64,000 nucleotides of DNA from assembly GCA_021157415.1 (NCBI GenBank), contig JAGGWN010000001.1, positions 2,679-66,678 of the forward strand. The letters are read 5' to 3'. The notes under the pieces are model-generated. The model was not told the DNA's origin and did not search any database. It saw only the letters and a program-made list of their open reading frames with translations. Positions 1 through 9,257 of this stretch are shown here, piece by piece. Position numbers and translations under genes: made by a program. The DNA comes from Bacteroidales bacterium. Lineage in GTDB: Bacteria > Bacteroidota > Bacteroidia > Bacteroidales > VadinHA17. Positions within the stretch are counted from its first letter, which is position 1; each line of letters starts with the position of its first letter.

Positions 1-111
1 ATCGCTTTCGCGTAGCTTCAGCAGAGCAAAGGATTTACCCGGTACGGCCTGCGGCCTGTGCGCAAAAGAAGATTTTTTCGAGATCTCTATTTCCCAAACC
101 GGGATAAATTT
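1..111 (+). repeat. Dispersed intergenic mosaic element, copy 1 (modules Y+Z; may continue left of the window)
   Basis: Aligns by eye, with a few scattered mismatches, to 11580..11690, and from about position 20 to 47981..48085. Shared strings: TTTCGCG(T/G)AGCTTCAGC(A/G)GAGCAAAGGATTTACCCGGTACGGCCT, GGCCTGTG, AGAAGATTTT, ATCTCTAT, CAAACCGGG. Confidence 0.8.
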
Positions 112-197
112 GTAACTCTGAAAAAAAGGTATCAATTTTGCCGGGTATTGCAGAAGGATATTCACCGATTCAGGATACATGTAACAAAAACCCCGGA

Positions 198-1631
198 ATG
201 ATGAAAAGAACATATTTTCTTTCTTTGTTAACGCTGGCATTTTCTCTGACAATCCCGTCTTTTGCCAGAGACAAGGACAAAGGCTACCGCATAGCGGTGA
301 AGATCTCTCATTTGTCCGAACAGGCCGTTTATCTGGGATATCACTTTGCCGACAAAAATTATGTGGAAGACACCCTTCAACTGGACAGCAAAGGCCGCGG
401 GGTATTCACGGGAGACTCCCTGCCGGGCGGTGTTTATCTGCTGGTAATGCCCAATATGCGCTTTATAGAGTTTCTGGTGGATGAGAACAACCAGCGTTTT
501 ACAATCGAAGCTGATACTACCGATTTTTTCAAGACCCTTAAGTTCATAGGATCCGAAGACAATATGGATTTTCTGCATTTCCAGGAACAGTTGTACCGGC
601 TTAATATGAAGCTCCGTGACCTGCATCAACGGGAGTCTAAAAACAAGAACAATGCCGATTCAATTGCGGTTTTGCAGAAGCAGATCAATGCTGTAAATCA
701 ACAAACAAAAGAACTGAACCGAAAGATAATCCAATCCCATAAAGGCACTTTTCTGGCTCATCTGGTACAGGCTATGACCCCCCCTGATGTTCCTGATTTC
801 AACCTTCCCGAAGACACTCCTGCCAGAGACTCCCTGCTTTGGGTAAAGAGGTACAACTGGCTGCGCGATCATTATTTTGACGGCGTGCACTTCGGGGACG
901 AACGATTGCTACGTACCCCGGTGTTGCAGAGCCGCCTGAATCAGTATTTCAACCGGATCCTGATACAACGGCCCGACTCTCTTATCCCACAGATTGACAA
1001 GATCATTGCCCGTGCGGAGAAAAACAATAAAGTGTATCAATACGTGGTTATCTACCTGATGAACAATTTTCAAAAAAGCACGATCATGGGCCTGGACGAG
1101 GTTTACGTCCATATCGCTGAAAGGTATTACCTCTCCGGGAAAACGCCATGGTCGGACTCCACCTTCCTGGCCGGGCTGAAAGACCGTATCGAGCACATCA
1201 AACCCAACCTCATTGGAAGGAAAGCCCCCGACCTCAGGATGGAAACTCTCGGTGGCGAGTGGGTCGATCTGTGGGAACTGAAATCTCCTTACACCATACT
1301 GTTTTTCTGGGAACCCAACTGTGGATTCTGCAAAAAAACCATCCCTGAATTATGGAGCCTCTATCAGCAATATAAACACAAGGGTCTGACGGTCATGGCT
1401 ATCTATATCTATGATAAAAAAGACGAATGGAAAAAATTCATCGAAGAACATAATTATATGGACGACCATTGGATCAATGCATGGGACCCTCATCAACTTA
1501 CCAACTTCAGGGTCTATTACGATGTGTACAGTACCCCTGTGATCTATGTACTGGATAAAGACAAATATATCGTCGCCAAACGGCTGGATGTGGAGATTCT
1601 GAAACGGTTCCTGGAAGGGAATATAAAATAG
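198..1631 (+). CDS. Secreted thioredoxin-fold thiol:disulfide oxidoreductase (TlpA/ResA-like, AhpC/TSA family)
   Basis: The ORF track starts at TTG 138. The first ATG at 198 gives MMKRTYFLSLLTLAFSLTIPSFA, a signal peptide. The C-terminal domain carries the CxxC redox motif WEPNCGFCKK in a thioredoxin-like context. Confidence 0.8.
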   Translation: MMKRTYFLSLLTLAFSLTIPSFARDKDKGYRIAVKISHLSEQAVYLGYHFADKNYVEDTLQLDSKGRGVFTGDSLPGGVYLLVMPNMRFIEFLVDENNQRFTIEADTTDFFKTLKFIGSEDNMDFLHFQEQLYRLNMKLRDLHQRESKNKNNADSIAVLQKQINAVNQQTKELNRKIIQSHKGTFLAHLVQAMTPPDVPDFNLPEDTPARDSLLWVKRYNWLRDHYFDGVHFGDERLLRTPVLQSRLNQYFNRILIQRPDSLIPQIDKIIARAEKNNKVYQYVVIYLMNNFQKSTIMGLDEVYVHIAERYYLSGKTPWSDSTFLAGLKDRIEHIKPNLIGRKAPDLRMETLGGEWVDLWELKSPYTILFFWEPNCGFCKKTIPELWSLYQQYKHKGLTVMAIYIYDKKDEWKKFIEEHNYMDDHWINAWDPHQLTNFRVYYDVYSTPVIYVLDKDKYIVAKRLDVEILKRFLEGNIK

Positions 1632-1708
1632 TTCTGTGCTCAGCGTTCTGTGTTATAGATTCTGAAAAATTTTGAATACCTTGCTGTCCGGTTTCTGAAA
1701 AACAACTT

Positions 1709-2953
1709 ATGGTCGTCAAGAATAGGTTTAGGACAAAACTTTTGGTTTTTCTGGCCGGTTGTCTGCTCTTTCCCCATGTTTTATCTGCCCAGGGCAGATT
1801 TGTACCGGGATATGTTGTGAATAACACCGGAGACACCGTTTATTGTGAATTACTGAATACGGGTCGGGAAGAATCATCCATGGATTATATTTACAAAGTC
1901 CCTGTAAATGACAGTCTGATCCGGGTAACTCCCTACAATGTCCTGGGATTCGGAACCCATGACGGAAAAAAGTTTATGAGAGCCAAAGCCATTGTGGAAA
2001 CATCCGGTAATCGCATCTACAGTATAGCAGACACAGCCCGGGGGCTGCAGTGGGAAGAGCGGTTTATTTTTCTGCAGTTATTAACGGAAGGGGAATCAGC
2101 TACTCTGTACTATTTCTTCGATGATGGGAAAAACTTTTTTTATTTTCAAATGGATACGACAGCCCTGATCCCGCTTATCTATAAAAAATATTCCATTGAG
2201 CCTACGCCCAATGTTTCCGAAGGATATATCATCAATAACACTTTCAGGGATCAACTGGCATATTATCTTTCCTGCGGAAATTTACCCTCTCAAGCCAGGA
2301 CATTGGATTATTCCACCAGATCTCTCATGGCCTACTTCAGAGCTTATTTTGAGTGTACGGGCGAGTCTTATCACGATTATGTCCGGATTTCCGGAGGCAG
2401 ATTCCACCTGCGCGGCGTGCTTATCAGCGATTACTCTACCCTCAGGATTGAGGACGGGGTAACAGCATATTACAGCTATCCGCCAGGTATGAATTTCGGC
2501 GCCGGGCTGGAAGCCGTGTATGCCTTTGCCTATAACCGGGAAAAGTGGGCTTTGTTTCTGGAGGGAAACTACCATCATTTTACAGCTACAGACGCCAGTT
2601 ACAGTCTTGGGACCACCGTTCCCGAAAGCCGTGTCGTATATAGCAGTATCGAGATTCCGGCAGGGGTTTCCTATTCTCTTATCTTAAACAAGACCAACTG
2701 TTTTTTTCTCAAAGCGGGGATCGCTCCGGAGCTCATCCTGGAAAACGCGTATCTTTCCTTTGATGTCAATAATTCGGCCAACAGGTATTCTCTGACGCCC
2801 ACCACAGGACTCGTTTTCGGAGCCGGGTACCGGTATCGTTTTCTGAGCATCGAAGTCCGGGTCCGGTCGAAGAAAAATATCTCACGCAATATCTATCTTC
2901 ACGAGTCAACCCTCAGGATATATTCCCTGCGGTTGGCTTTTTCTTTTTTCTGA
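1709..2953 (+). CDS. Hypothetical secreted protein, possible outer-membrane beta-barrel
   Basis: Signal peptide MVVKNRFRTKLLVFLAGCLLFPHVLSAQG. The C-terminal half has alternating aromatic and small residues and ends LRLAFSFF (terminal Phe). I recognise no catalytic motif. Confidence 0.5.
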   Translation: MVVKNRFRTKLLVFLAGCLLFPHVLSAQGRFVPGYVVNNTGDTVYCELLNTGREESSMDYIYKVPVNDSLIRVTPYNVLGFGTHDGKKFMRAKAIVETSGNRIYSIADTARGLQWEERFIFLQLLTEGESATLYYFFDDGKNFFYFQMDTTALIPLIYKKYSIEPTPNVSEGYIINNTFRDQLAYYLSCGNLPSQARTLDYSTRSLMAYFRAYFECTGESYHDYVRISGGRFHLRGVLISDYSTLRIEDGVTAYYSYPPGMNFGAGLEAVYAFAYNREKWALFLEGNYHHFTATDASYSLGTTVPESRVVYSSIEIPAGVSYSLILNKTNCFFLKAGIAPELILENAYLSFDVNNSANRYSLTPTTGLVFGAGYRYRFLSIEVRVRSKKNISRNIYLHESTLRIYSLRLAFSFF

Positions 2954-2961
2954 CACCCGAC

Positions 2962-4140
2962 TCACATTTCCAGACCTCTTCGAAGGATCCGGATCAGGTC
3001 GCCGGCGGGCTCTATCCCCACAGAAAGACGTATCATCCCCGGAGCAGGATATTTATCCCCCCAAACGGGTTCGATAGGCAGCAGGATGGTACCGGTATCC
3101 CCCAGGGTCGGCACCAACGGGATGTGGCCGGACACAGCCTCTATAAAGCGGTCGCGCCGTAAACGCTTCTCCTCATCATTTTTTCCCGCCATGTCAAACG
3201 TAACCATGCCTCCGAAACCTCTTTTCCCGAAAAGTTTCACCGCTTCGTCATGGGTGGGATGTGTTTCCAGTCCCGGATACAATACATTTTCCACTTCAGG
3301 ACGCCGGGACAGTTCCCGTGCGACCTTGCCTGCATTGTAGCAGTGCTGCTGTATGCGCAGAGAGAAAGTACGGAGGTAATCCCCCAGGCGGGCCGCATCA
3401 TCCGGCGAGAGCATATGGCCTGTCAGTTTACGATATTGGATCAAATCTTTCATAAAGTCCGGATCATTGCCACAAACCACCCCGGCGGTCAGATTCCCAT
3501 GGCCGGCCAGATACTTTGTGACACTGTGGATCACCACGTCGGCGCCATCTTTCAGAGGTTTCCACAGCCAGGGCGTGGCAAAAGTATTGTCCACAATTAC
3601 GACACTTCCGGCTTCTTTTGCCAGACGGATAATCTCTTTTCCGTCTGCCACAATCAACATGGGGTTGGAAATCGCCTCAAAATATACCACATCCGGGTGC
3701 ACTTCCTCAAGCATGCGTTTAAATGCAGTCATATCATGCCGGTCTCCTCCGGTCACAAACCGCCGTATATCCAGACCGCGGCGTTTTATCAACACCTCAT
3801 CGATAAAAGCATTGGTACCTCCGTAGATCTCGCTGAAAAACAGCCAGGGTCTATCCTCTCCTGCCCACTGAAAAACCGACAAGACCGTATCAATGGCAGC
3901 CATGCCCGATTCGGTCAGCAGAGCCCACTCGGATCCTTCTACTTCAGCCAGTTGCTCTTCTGCAGCTACAACCGTAGGATTCCTGTAACGGGAATAGATA
4001 AAATCATCCGGATGATGTAAAGGATCCAGCTCAGACCGGAAAGCCGCTGCAGCTTTTTCGGCATCCTGCAAATCAAAACCGGCATCACGGTACACCGGAA
4101 CAAAACGGGTATTGACAGGTTCATTTTTCATGGCTTTCAT
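2962..4140 (-). CDS. Cys/Met-metabolism PLP-dependent enzyme (cystathionine gamma-synthase / beta-lyase / methionine gamma-lyase family)
   Basis: Family-typical strings include YSRYRNPT, VVIVDNTFATP and the PLP-lysine motif HSVTKYLAGHG. The track start at 4155 is GTG. The first ATG at 4140 gives MKAMKNEP. Confidence 0.8.
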   Translation of the reverse strand: MKAMKNEPVNTRFVPVYRDAGFDLQDAEKAAAAFRSELDPLHHPDDFIYSRYRNPTVVAAEEQLAEVEGSEWALLTESGMAAIDTVLSVFQWAGEDRPWLFFSEIYGGTNAFIDEVLIKRRGLDIRRFVTGGDRHDMTAFKRMLEEVHPDVVYFEAISNPMLIVADGKEIIRLAKEAGSVVIVDNTFATPWLWKPLKDGADVVIHSVTKYLAGHGNLTAGVVCGNDPDFMKDLIQYRKLTGHMLSPDDAARLGDYLRTFSLRIQQHCYNAGKVARELSRRPEVENVLYPGLETHPTHDEAVKLFGKRGFGGMVTFDMAGKNDEEKRLRRDRFIEAVSGHIPLVPTLGDTGTILLPIEPVWGDKYPAPGMIRLSVGIEPAGDLIRILRRGLEM

Positions 4141-4816
4141 TTTTATTTTATCCACAATGAACTACCCCGGGGCAGAGCCCCGAGGTATCACAAGGAATGA
4201 TTTGTTTCCGACCCAGAGGGTCGGGGAATTAAACCATTTCTTCTCGTCCGCCATAGCGGAACGCGAAGGCGGATTAAAAGTATAAAAATATGTACAAAAA
4301 ATGTCTTTTCAGGGAGGTTAAAAAATGTGTCTTCAGGTTTATGACATATTTCATATCTTCGTAAGCAAGAAGATTATATCTGAAATGTTATTTATCATCA
4401 GGAAAGCGACAAGGATAACCTGAAACTGGTACAAATCGTAAGGGATGAACTCACCCGCATCGAACATGGAGTGCTGGCATAAACGTTTACAGGTTATGCA
4501 AGTGTAGATATGCCAGGGATCTTTCCGGCAGGAGGGCTAATATAGCGGGAGACAGATGGAATAGCAAAGATATCCCCATACTATACACGGCCAGGTCAAT
4601 GGCATTAAGTATCGTATAAATCGCTGTTCACACGCACTTGGGAAAAATGCCCTAAAACTATTGCATAGTAACCCTGTAACTTCCGGATGTTCCGGTTCGG
4701 AAGATCAATCCGTCAACACTTCCGGAAGATCGGAGATTCCTTCCTCCTTCTGCCTCCACACGGAAGCGGGGTGATCATTTCATTGCCAAAGCCAAGGGTT
4801 CAGTATCATAAAAACA

Positions 4817-6181
4817 TTAAGACAAACCTTTTTCCCGTATCATCACAATGGCTTTCTCTGCAGCTTTAACCAATACCGGTTTGGTAGGAGCACTGGTTAA
4901 TAAAGGATGTGTCCCTATCTGATAAGAGATCAACTCATAAACAGTAATATATTTCTGAATAGCCATACTGATAATATTAATGATTTCAGCTGCTGTGGGT
5001 CCTCCCCAGACTTCTCCTCCCAATATTATCCCGTCAGAGGGAGAAAAGACAAGTCGTACTGTTAATGGACGGGCATCAGGCAATGTCCCGGGATGTTTGT
5101 CTACATCTGTAAACTCTGCAGTCATAAAATGGACATTTGCATCTTTACCGGTATTCTCATTTACACCTGCAGATGCCATAGTAAGTCCGTTTATTTGTGT
5201 TGAAAACACAGCAATTGTCCCCAAAAAGTTTTTCTTGATGCGTATTCCGAACATATTGTATCCCAGTACACGGGCTTCCGCTGTAGCAGTTGAAGCCAGC
5301 ATAATATTGTCACTCCTGGCCGTTAAAAATCCTATGGTCTGTGAACAATCCCCCACAGCACAAACATCTTTCACGGAGGTTCGTTCATAACTATCCACTT
5401 TGATTGCCCCCTTATTATTTAATGGCAATCCGGCTTTGGCAGCCAATTCTGTATTAGGTTTATAACCCACGGAAAGAATAACCGCTTCGGCAGGAATTTC
5501 TTCACCTCCTTTGAGTTTTACTTTACTCACTTTTCCATCTTCACCAACAATCTCTTCCACGAGTGAGTCCGTTCTCACCTGCACACCCGTCTTCCTCAGT
5601 TGTTCCGTTGCTATCTTACTTAGTTTTTTTGAAAAAGCTTTGGAAAAACATTGCTCTTCGCTTTCGACTAAAATGATTTCCTTATCCGGATTTGCTGCCA
5701 ACTGTTCAGCTACCTCAGCCCCAATAAAACCGCCTCCGATAATAACAATCCTTTTTATTTCTTTTAATTTATTATATAACTCTTTTATGTATTGATAATT
5801 CTTTTTTATGTAAAAAACATTTTCCAGGTCATATCCTTTGATAAATTCGGCTTTTGCCGGCGTCGAACCGGTAGCAAAAACAAGCTTGTCATATTGATAT
5901 GTCTCACCGGATTTCCCATAAACTTCCTTCTTATTTAACTGGACACCCACCACCGGATCTTGTATGACATATCCTCCCATATCCAGGAAAGGTTTCAATC
6001 CCATAACATTTGCATCAACAGAATCCAGCTTATTAAAAACGTATGGAATACCACAAGGCACCAAACCTTTTTTTGCCTCGGTTAAGATCAACACTGATTT
6101 TTCTGAAAAATATTTTTTTACGGTAACTCCTGTCACAATACCCGCAGGACCTCCTCCAATAATTACAACATCAAATTTCAT
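4817..6181 (-). CDS. FAD-dependent pyridine nucleotide-disulfide oxidoreductase (NADH oxidase / CoA-disulfide reductase-like)
   Basis: N-terminal FAD fold DVVIIGGGPAGI, a second dinucleotide fold RIVIIGGGFIGAEVAEQLA, a single candidate redox Cys in LVPCGIPYVF, and AVGDC near the C-terminal FAD contact. Confidence 0.8.
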   Translation of the reverse strand: MKFDVVIIGGGPAGIVTGVTVKKYFSEKSVLILTEAKKGLVPCGIPYVFNKLDSVDANVMGLKPFLDMGGYVIQDPVVGVQLNKKEVYGKSGETYQYDKLVFATGSTPAKAEFIKGYDLENVFYIKKNYQYIKELYNKLKEIKRIVIIGGGFIGAEVAEQLAANPDKEIILVESEEQCFSKAFSKKLSKIATEQLRKTGVQVRTDSLVEEIVGEDGKVSKVKLKGGEEIPAEAVILSVGYKPNTELAAKAGLPLNNKGAIKVDSYERTSVKDVCAVGDCSQTIGFLTARSDNIMLASTATAEARVLGYNMFGIRIKKNFLGTIAVFSTQINGLTMASAGVNENTGKDANVHFMTAEFTDVDKHPGTLPDARPLTVRLVFSPSDGIILGGEVWGGPTAAEIINIISMAIQKYITVYELISYQIGTHPLLTSAPTKPVLVKAAEKAIVMIREKGLS

Positions 6182-6515
6182 AACACTGATATTTTACAAA
6201 ATAATTTTGAACATTTGTGCAAAATAATACTTTATTAATAATTTATTTTCTGATTTTCATCATATTTTCTGTAAAATAAAAGAAGTGTATTTACTTATCT
6301 GTCTTTTCCCTCCACATTTCCAAAACATTTTTTCTCCCCTGCCTACATGAATCAATCATCCCGTGTCCGACTACCTGCGGATTGTCCATCCCCTGGCGGA
6401 TTTTCCACCTTGTCAAGGTAACAAAAAGGCATCATTAATTTTTTTACAATCACTTTTGTTGGTATATCATTCACGTTTTTGCAAATTTGCATGCCGAAAA
6501 TAAAAACAATGAACC

Positions 6516-6938
6516 ATGAAGATAGCCATAGTCACCCTTGACGGAGAAACAGTCAGCCAGCATTTCGGACGTTCGCGGTATTATAAAATTTATACCCTCG
6601 AAGGAAATGATCCTGTAGATATGGAGATGCGTGAAAGGGGCACCGGTCATTACGCACAGGGTCAGAGCCATGATTACCAGACACACCATGAGCATACTCA
6701 TCAGCAGGGGCAGGGACACGGGTACGGCAGGGAAGCCGACAGCAAGCATGCTTCCATGGCCCGGGAGATTGCCGACTGTGATGTGCTGGTGGCCGGAGGG
6801 ATGGGCCGGGGCGCTTACGAAAGCTTTCGCAACGCCGGCCTGGAAGTGATCCTGACCGACCTGCAGGACATCAACGATGTCGTCAATGCTTATGTAAAAA
6901 GAGATTTGAAAAATCTGGCCGGGGAAAGAACGGATTAG
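6516..6938 (+). CDS. NifB/NifX-type (dinitrogenase FeMo-cofactor biosynthesis-like) domain protein with a His/Gln-rich insert
   Basis: MKIAIVTLDGETVSQHFGRSRYYKIY and DVLVAGGMGRGAYESFRNAGLEV match the small NifX/NifB-C fold. An insert HYAQGQSHDYQTHHEHTHQQGQGHGYG lies between them. Confidence 0.7.
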   Translation: MKIAIVTLDGETVSQHFGRSRYYKIYTLEGNDPVDMEMRERGTGHYAQGQSHDYQTHHEHTHQQGQGHGYGREADSKHASMAREIADCDVLVAGGMGRGAYESFRNAGLEVILTDLQDINDVVNAYVKRDLKNLAGERTD

Positions 6939-6969
6939 GGAAAATGGCCGTTGCATGTTGATCGTTAAA

Positions 6970-7030
6970 CGGCAATCAAACCCAAATGCCGCAATGGTTT
7001 TTTTTCTAAATCTCTATAGCGCAACCCGGG
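6970..7030 (+). repeat. Dispersed intergenic mosaic element, short copy (X hairpin plus the 3' end of Z)
   Basis: CGGCA-ATCAAACCCAAA-TGCCG hairpin followed by AAATCTCTATAGCGCAACCCGGG. Compare 11486..11520 and 11661..11683. Confidence 0.6.
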
Positions 7031-7082
7031 AGAAACATGCTATAACATATCTTAACTTCTTGCACCCTGTACCTTGCACCTT

Positions 7083-7682
7083 TCATTTCGCTTTCCGGGA
7101 AATATAACGGCCCACCAAAAGACTGATCGCAATGACTGCGAACAGCAGAAAGGCAGCAAGGAGTCCCTGGTTTATATCTCCCAGTCTGCTCATTAGTCTT
7201 TTGATCCCGTCGAAGAAAAAGATTCCCATTGGATAAAAGACCGAGATAAACAATGCCATGGAGATGCTCTGTAAAAGCAGAAAGCGATGAACTTTTACCC
7301 GGGCCATTCCGGCGGCCAGCGGCACCAGGATCCTCAGCTTGGGAACGAAGGTCAGTATAAACACGGTTTTTGCCAGATTTTCCGTCATCTGCCGCTGATA
7401 AGTCCCCATCCAGACAGGATATTTTTCACTCAGCCATCCGATCAGCCGGGTACGGTTGCGGGAAAGATAAAACAGGATAATATTCCGTGTGTACAAGGCC
7501 AGAAAAGAAACAATCCCTCCGGCCCAGAGGTTCATCAGACCGCTGTGTGCCAGAGAAGCAATGATGATCAGGGACAATTCATCGGAGATGGGAGAGACAA
7601 AATCAAAAATGATGTAATAGAAGGCGATACCCAGGTAAGTATAACCCGTCACGATGTTGTATAATTCGGTATGTTCAACCAT
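7083..7682 (-). CDS. DedA/VTT (SNARE-associated) family inner-membrane protein
   Basis: About 200 aa with multiple hydrophobic helices. The length and pattern (FVPKLRILVPLAAGMARV) are typical of DedA-family proteins. Confidence 0.6.
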   Translation of the reverse strand: MVEHTELYNIVTGYTYLGIAFYYIIFDFVSPISDELSLIIIASLAHSGLMNLWAGGIVSFLALYTRNIILFYLSRNRTRLIGWLSEKYPVWMGTYQRQMTENLAKTVFILTFVPKLRILVPLAAGMARVKVHRFLLLQSISMALFISVFYPMGIFFFDGIKRLMSRLGDINQGLLAAFLLFAVIAISLLVGRYISRKAK

Positions 7683-7879
7683 TCCGGATCAGTTTTATTC
7701 AGGCTGGATCTTTCTCCCGGCCAACACATACTGGCTGCTCGTCTCCGGCGAAAATACGGCTTTTTTTCTTTTTTCTCAAAAAACATGAAACTTCCGTGCC
7801 ACGGATCCCGACGACGGCTTTTTTTCACCGGAATATTGTATTATTTTTACATCTGCCAATCAACCATATTATATCCGTT

Positions 7880-9238
7880 ATGAATAGTCCGGAATTCCCA
7901 ATCGTCAGAAGATCTTCTTTGATCGTTCTTCTTCTTCTCATGACTGCCTATTCTTACGCCCAGCTCTCCGGGGGTGGTGAAGCCAATCCTTCCCTGCACA
8001 CCAACCAGCAGGCTTTGCAGCGTTGGCAGAATATGCGTTTTGGTATGTTTATTCACTGGGGACCGGTCAGTCTGCGGGGCACCGAAATAGGATGGTCGCG
8101 GGGAACAAAGGTTCCCAAGCATGATTATGACTCGCTGTATAAAGAGTTTAATCCCGTTTTATTCAATGCTGCCGAATGGGTGCGAATAGCGAAGGAAGCA
8201 GGCATGAAATATATGGTGCTGGTCACCAAACATCATGACGGATTCTGCCTGTGGCCATCAGCATACACCGATTATGACATTTCCGCCACCCCTTATGGAA
8301 AAGACATTATGCAACAACTGGCCGATGAATGTAATAAGCAGGGGATCCTTTTCGGCACGTATTACTCGATCCTGGACTGGTGGAATTCCTTATATCCCGG
8401 AAATCACGGGGAACCACCCAAGGACAATACAAAAACGGATATGATCAGATACACCCGTTACCTCTATCACCAGGTGGATGAACTGGTGAACAGATATCAT
8501 ACCAATATCCTTTGGTTTGACGGCCAGTGGGAAAAACCATGGACCCATGAAGCCGGAATGAAGTTGTACACCCACCTGCGGGAGCTGAAGGATAATCTGC
8601 TGATCAATAACCGGGTTGACAAAGGCGGAAACGGAGAAAAAGGAAAAAGCGGAAAATATGCCGGGGATTTTCTCACCCCCGAACAGAAAATCGGCACCTT
8701 CGACCTGGTTAACCCGTGGGAATCGTGCATCACGATAGCCCGGCAATGGGCCTGGAAACCCAATGACAATGTCAAAAGCACGAAAGAGATCATTCACACG
8801 CTGGCACGTACTGCCGGCGGCAACGGCAACCTCCTGTTGAATGTAAGTCCTATGCTGGACGGCCGGATAGAGCGACGACAGCAAAAACGTCTGAAAGAGA
8901 CAGGTGACTGGCTGAAAAAATACGGAGAATCCATATATGGCACCCTCGGAGGGCCTTACATGCCCGGAGATCATATGACCTCCACCCGTAAAAACAACCG
9001 GATCTACCTCCATCTGCTCGAATCACCCGGCAGGCAACTTGTTCTGCCTTCTCCGGGCAAAGCCAAAGTGAAAGAGGTGAGGTTTCTGCAAGGGGGTGCC
9101 CTGAATTATTCCCGGAAAAAGGGAGACCTTGTCATTGAGCTACCGGAAACGCTTCCGGACCCCCTGGACAATGTGATCGTGCTGGAGCTTAACAAACCGG
9201 CCGAAGACATTGCTCCCATCCAAATGGGCAAGAATTAA
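7880..9238 (+). CDS. Alpha-L-fucosidase, GH29
   Basis: GH29 motifs FGMFIHWGPVS, TKHHDGFCLWPS and LWFDGQWE. The ATG at 7880 gives a signal peptide (SLIVLLLLMTAYSYAQ). The track start at 7796 adds an implausible leader. Confidence 0.85.
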   Translation: MNSPEFPIVRRSSLIVLLLLMTAYSYAQLSGGGEANPSLHTNQQALQRWQNMRFGMFIHWGPVSLRGTEIGWSRGTKVPKHDYDSLYKEFNPVLFNAAEWVRIAKEAGMKYMVLVTKHHDGFCLWPSAYTDYDISATPYGKDIMQQLADECNKQGILFGTYYSILDWWNSLYPGNHGEPPKDNTKTDMIRYTRYLYHQVDELVNRYHTNILWFDGQWEKPWTHEAGMKLYTHLRELKDNLLINNRVDKGGNGEKGKSGKYAGDFLTPEQKIGTFDLVNPWESCITIARQWAWKPNDNVKSTKEIIHTLARTAGGNGNLLLNVSPMLDGRIERRQQKRLKETGDWLKKYGESIYGTLGGPYMPGDHMTSTRKNNRIYLHLLESPGRQLVLPSPGKAKVKEVRFLQGGALNYSRKKGDLVIELPETLPDPLDNVIVLELNKPAEDIAPIQMGKN

Positions 9239-9257
9239 AATCAGGGTATGGTTCTTC

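Noticed and set aside
138-197. N-terminal extensions given by the ORF track (138, 4155, 7796, 11323, 13791, 22568, 46227, 51493, 53823, 60408, 60625)
   Set aside because: Several of these begin at non-ATG codons (138 TTG, 4155 GTG, 46227 TTG; I did not check the codon at every listed position). All of them add non-signal-like leaders ahead of an internal ATG. That ATG immediately yields a signal peptide or the conserved N-terminus of the family, so I used the internal starts.
4141-4560. SAM-I or cobalamin riboswitch in the leader of the Cys/Met PLP enzyme gene
   Set aside because: The conserved cores (GAGGGA...GGCAACC...AGATGAG for SAM-I, or a B12 box) are not present on the minus strand. 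Only generic GC hairpins are found.
6480-6491. Perfect 12-bp palindrome TGCAAATTTGCA as an operator upstream of the NifX-like gene
   Set aside because: It contains CAAATTTG at the right distance (about 25 nt) from the ATG to be a slightly degenerate Bacteroidota -7 promoter box (TAnnTTTG). The promoter explanation is simpler than a dedicated operator.
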